Part shown: in pieces, positions 44,512 to 44,874 of the stretch | How positions within the stretch are numbered: position 1 is the first letter of the stretch | Layout: the number at the start of each line of letters is the position of its first letter | Translations under genes and position numbers: made by a program | Notes under the pieces: model-generated | What the model was told of the DNA's origin: nothing | Seen by the model: only the letters and a program-made list of their open reading frames with translations | The model's database searches: none | Virus record (IMG/VR): IMGVR_UViG_3300016467_000490 | Location: 1-44,874 of that record | Direction: 5' to 3' (one strand) | Length of the DNA stretch: 44,874 nt | Source of the DNA: a virus | Lineage: Duplodnaviria; Caudoviricetes

Positions 44512-44874
44512 GCTTCCCCCTTAATGCCGTGTGCGGCTTCGATGGCTCGGGCAAATACATAGGAATCAATCTCATGGTGTACTGCCCGAACACCTGTGTA
44601 GATAGCGTCAATCTCCTCATCCGTCAGCGGCTTGCGCTGTGGTGGGGTGGTGTAGAGGGGAATATGCGTTTCATCAAAGCACCCATCTACATCCTCTGTG
44701 CGATATAAAGCGCCTGTTGGAGTCATCCATGCCACAGGCTCCTGCTCTGGTTGTGCCAAGGCTTTTCGGATGGCGGTGATGGCTTTGTTGTGTATGTACT
44801 GGCGGTCTTTGACATAGTCTTCGGTGACGTTCTCCAACGCCTCCAGCGCCAACTTCAATGCTTCGTCTTTGGTC
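44508..44874 (-). CDS. hypothetical protein (Ead/Eaa-like EPVAW...PLY module), start truncated by window edge
   Basis: (M)TKDEALKLALEALE...QEPVAW...PLYT.P..RKPLTDEEI...FARAIEAAHGI. Confidence 0.7.
   Translation of the reverse strand, partial: TKDEALKLALEALENVTEDYVKDRQYIHNKAITAIRKALAQPEQEPVAWMTPTGALYRTEDVDGCFDETHIPLYTTPPQRKPLTDEEIDAIYTGVRAVHHEIDSYVFARAIEAAHGIKGEA

Noticed and set aside
1-44874. Stop-codon recoding
   Set aside because: Core genes are full length under code 11 and TAA, TGA and TAG all act as stops at gene junctions

Overview
The window is a large part of a tailed dsDNA phage genome with podovirus-like (P22/T7-style ejection protein) organisation, about 60% GC by eye. A proteobacterial host is plausible but is inference only. 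Almost everything from 1664 to 44874 is on the minus strand. In transcription order it runs: an array of small modular early-type genes (42.5-44.9 kb), a structured non-coding element (~41.9-42.1 kb), terS, terL, a 1133-aa polyvalent protein with an ADP-ribosyltransferase-like domain, portal, GroES, scaffold, major capsid and decoration proteins, a cluster of basic low-complexity proteins, adaptor/tail fibres, lysis genes, tail tube/nozzle and five large internal-virion/ejection proteins ending in a lytic transglycosylase. The first 1.6 kb holds five plus-strand genes, including a PD-(D/E)XK nuclease, converging on a terminator. The main unexplained signal is a short [YFMKR]-[AKR]-x-G-G peptide motif occurring about 28 times in six otherwise unrelated late proteins. 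It sits at domain boundaries, and one protein carries a tape-measure-type 'SDDIPAML..GEYV' domain, suggesting a cargo docking or polyprotein processing system. Also notable are a probable leaderless antisense gene with its own sigma70 promoter behind the ART-bearing gene, a bistable RNA upstream of the terminase, and a 1832-aa protein with about 40 repeats. No tRNA, CRISPR, integrase or replication module was seen. All family assignments are motif recognition by eye, not database searches.
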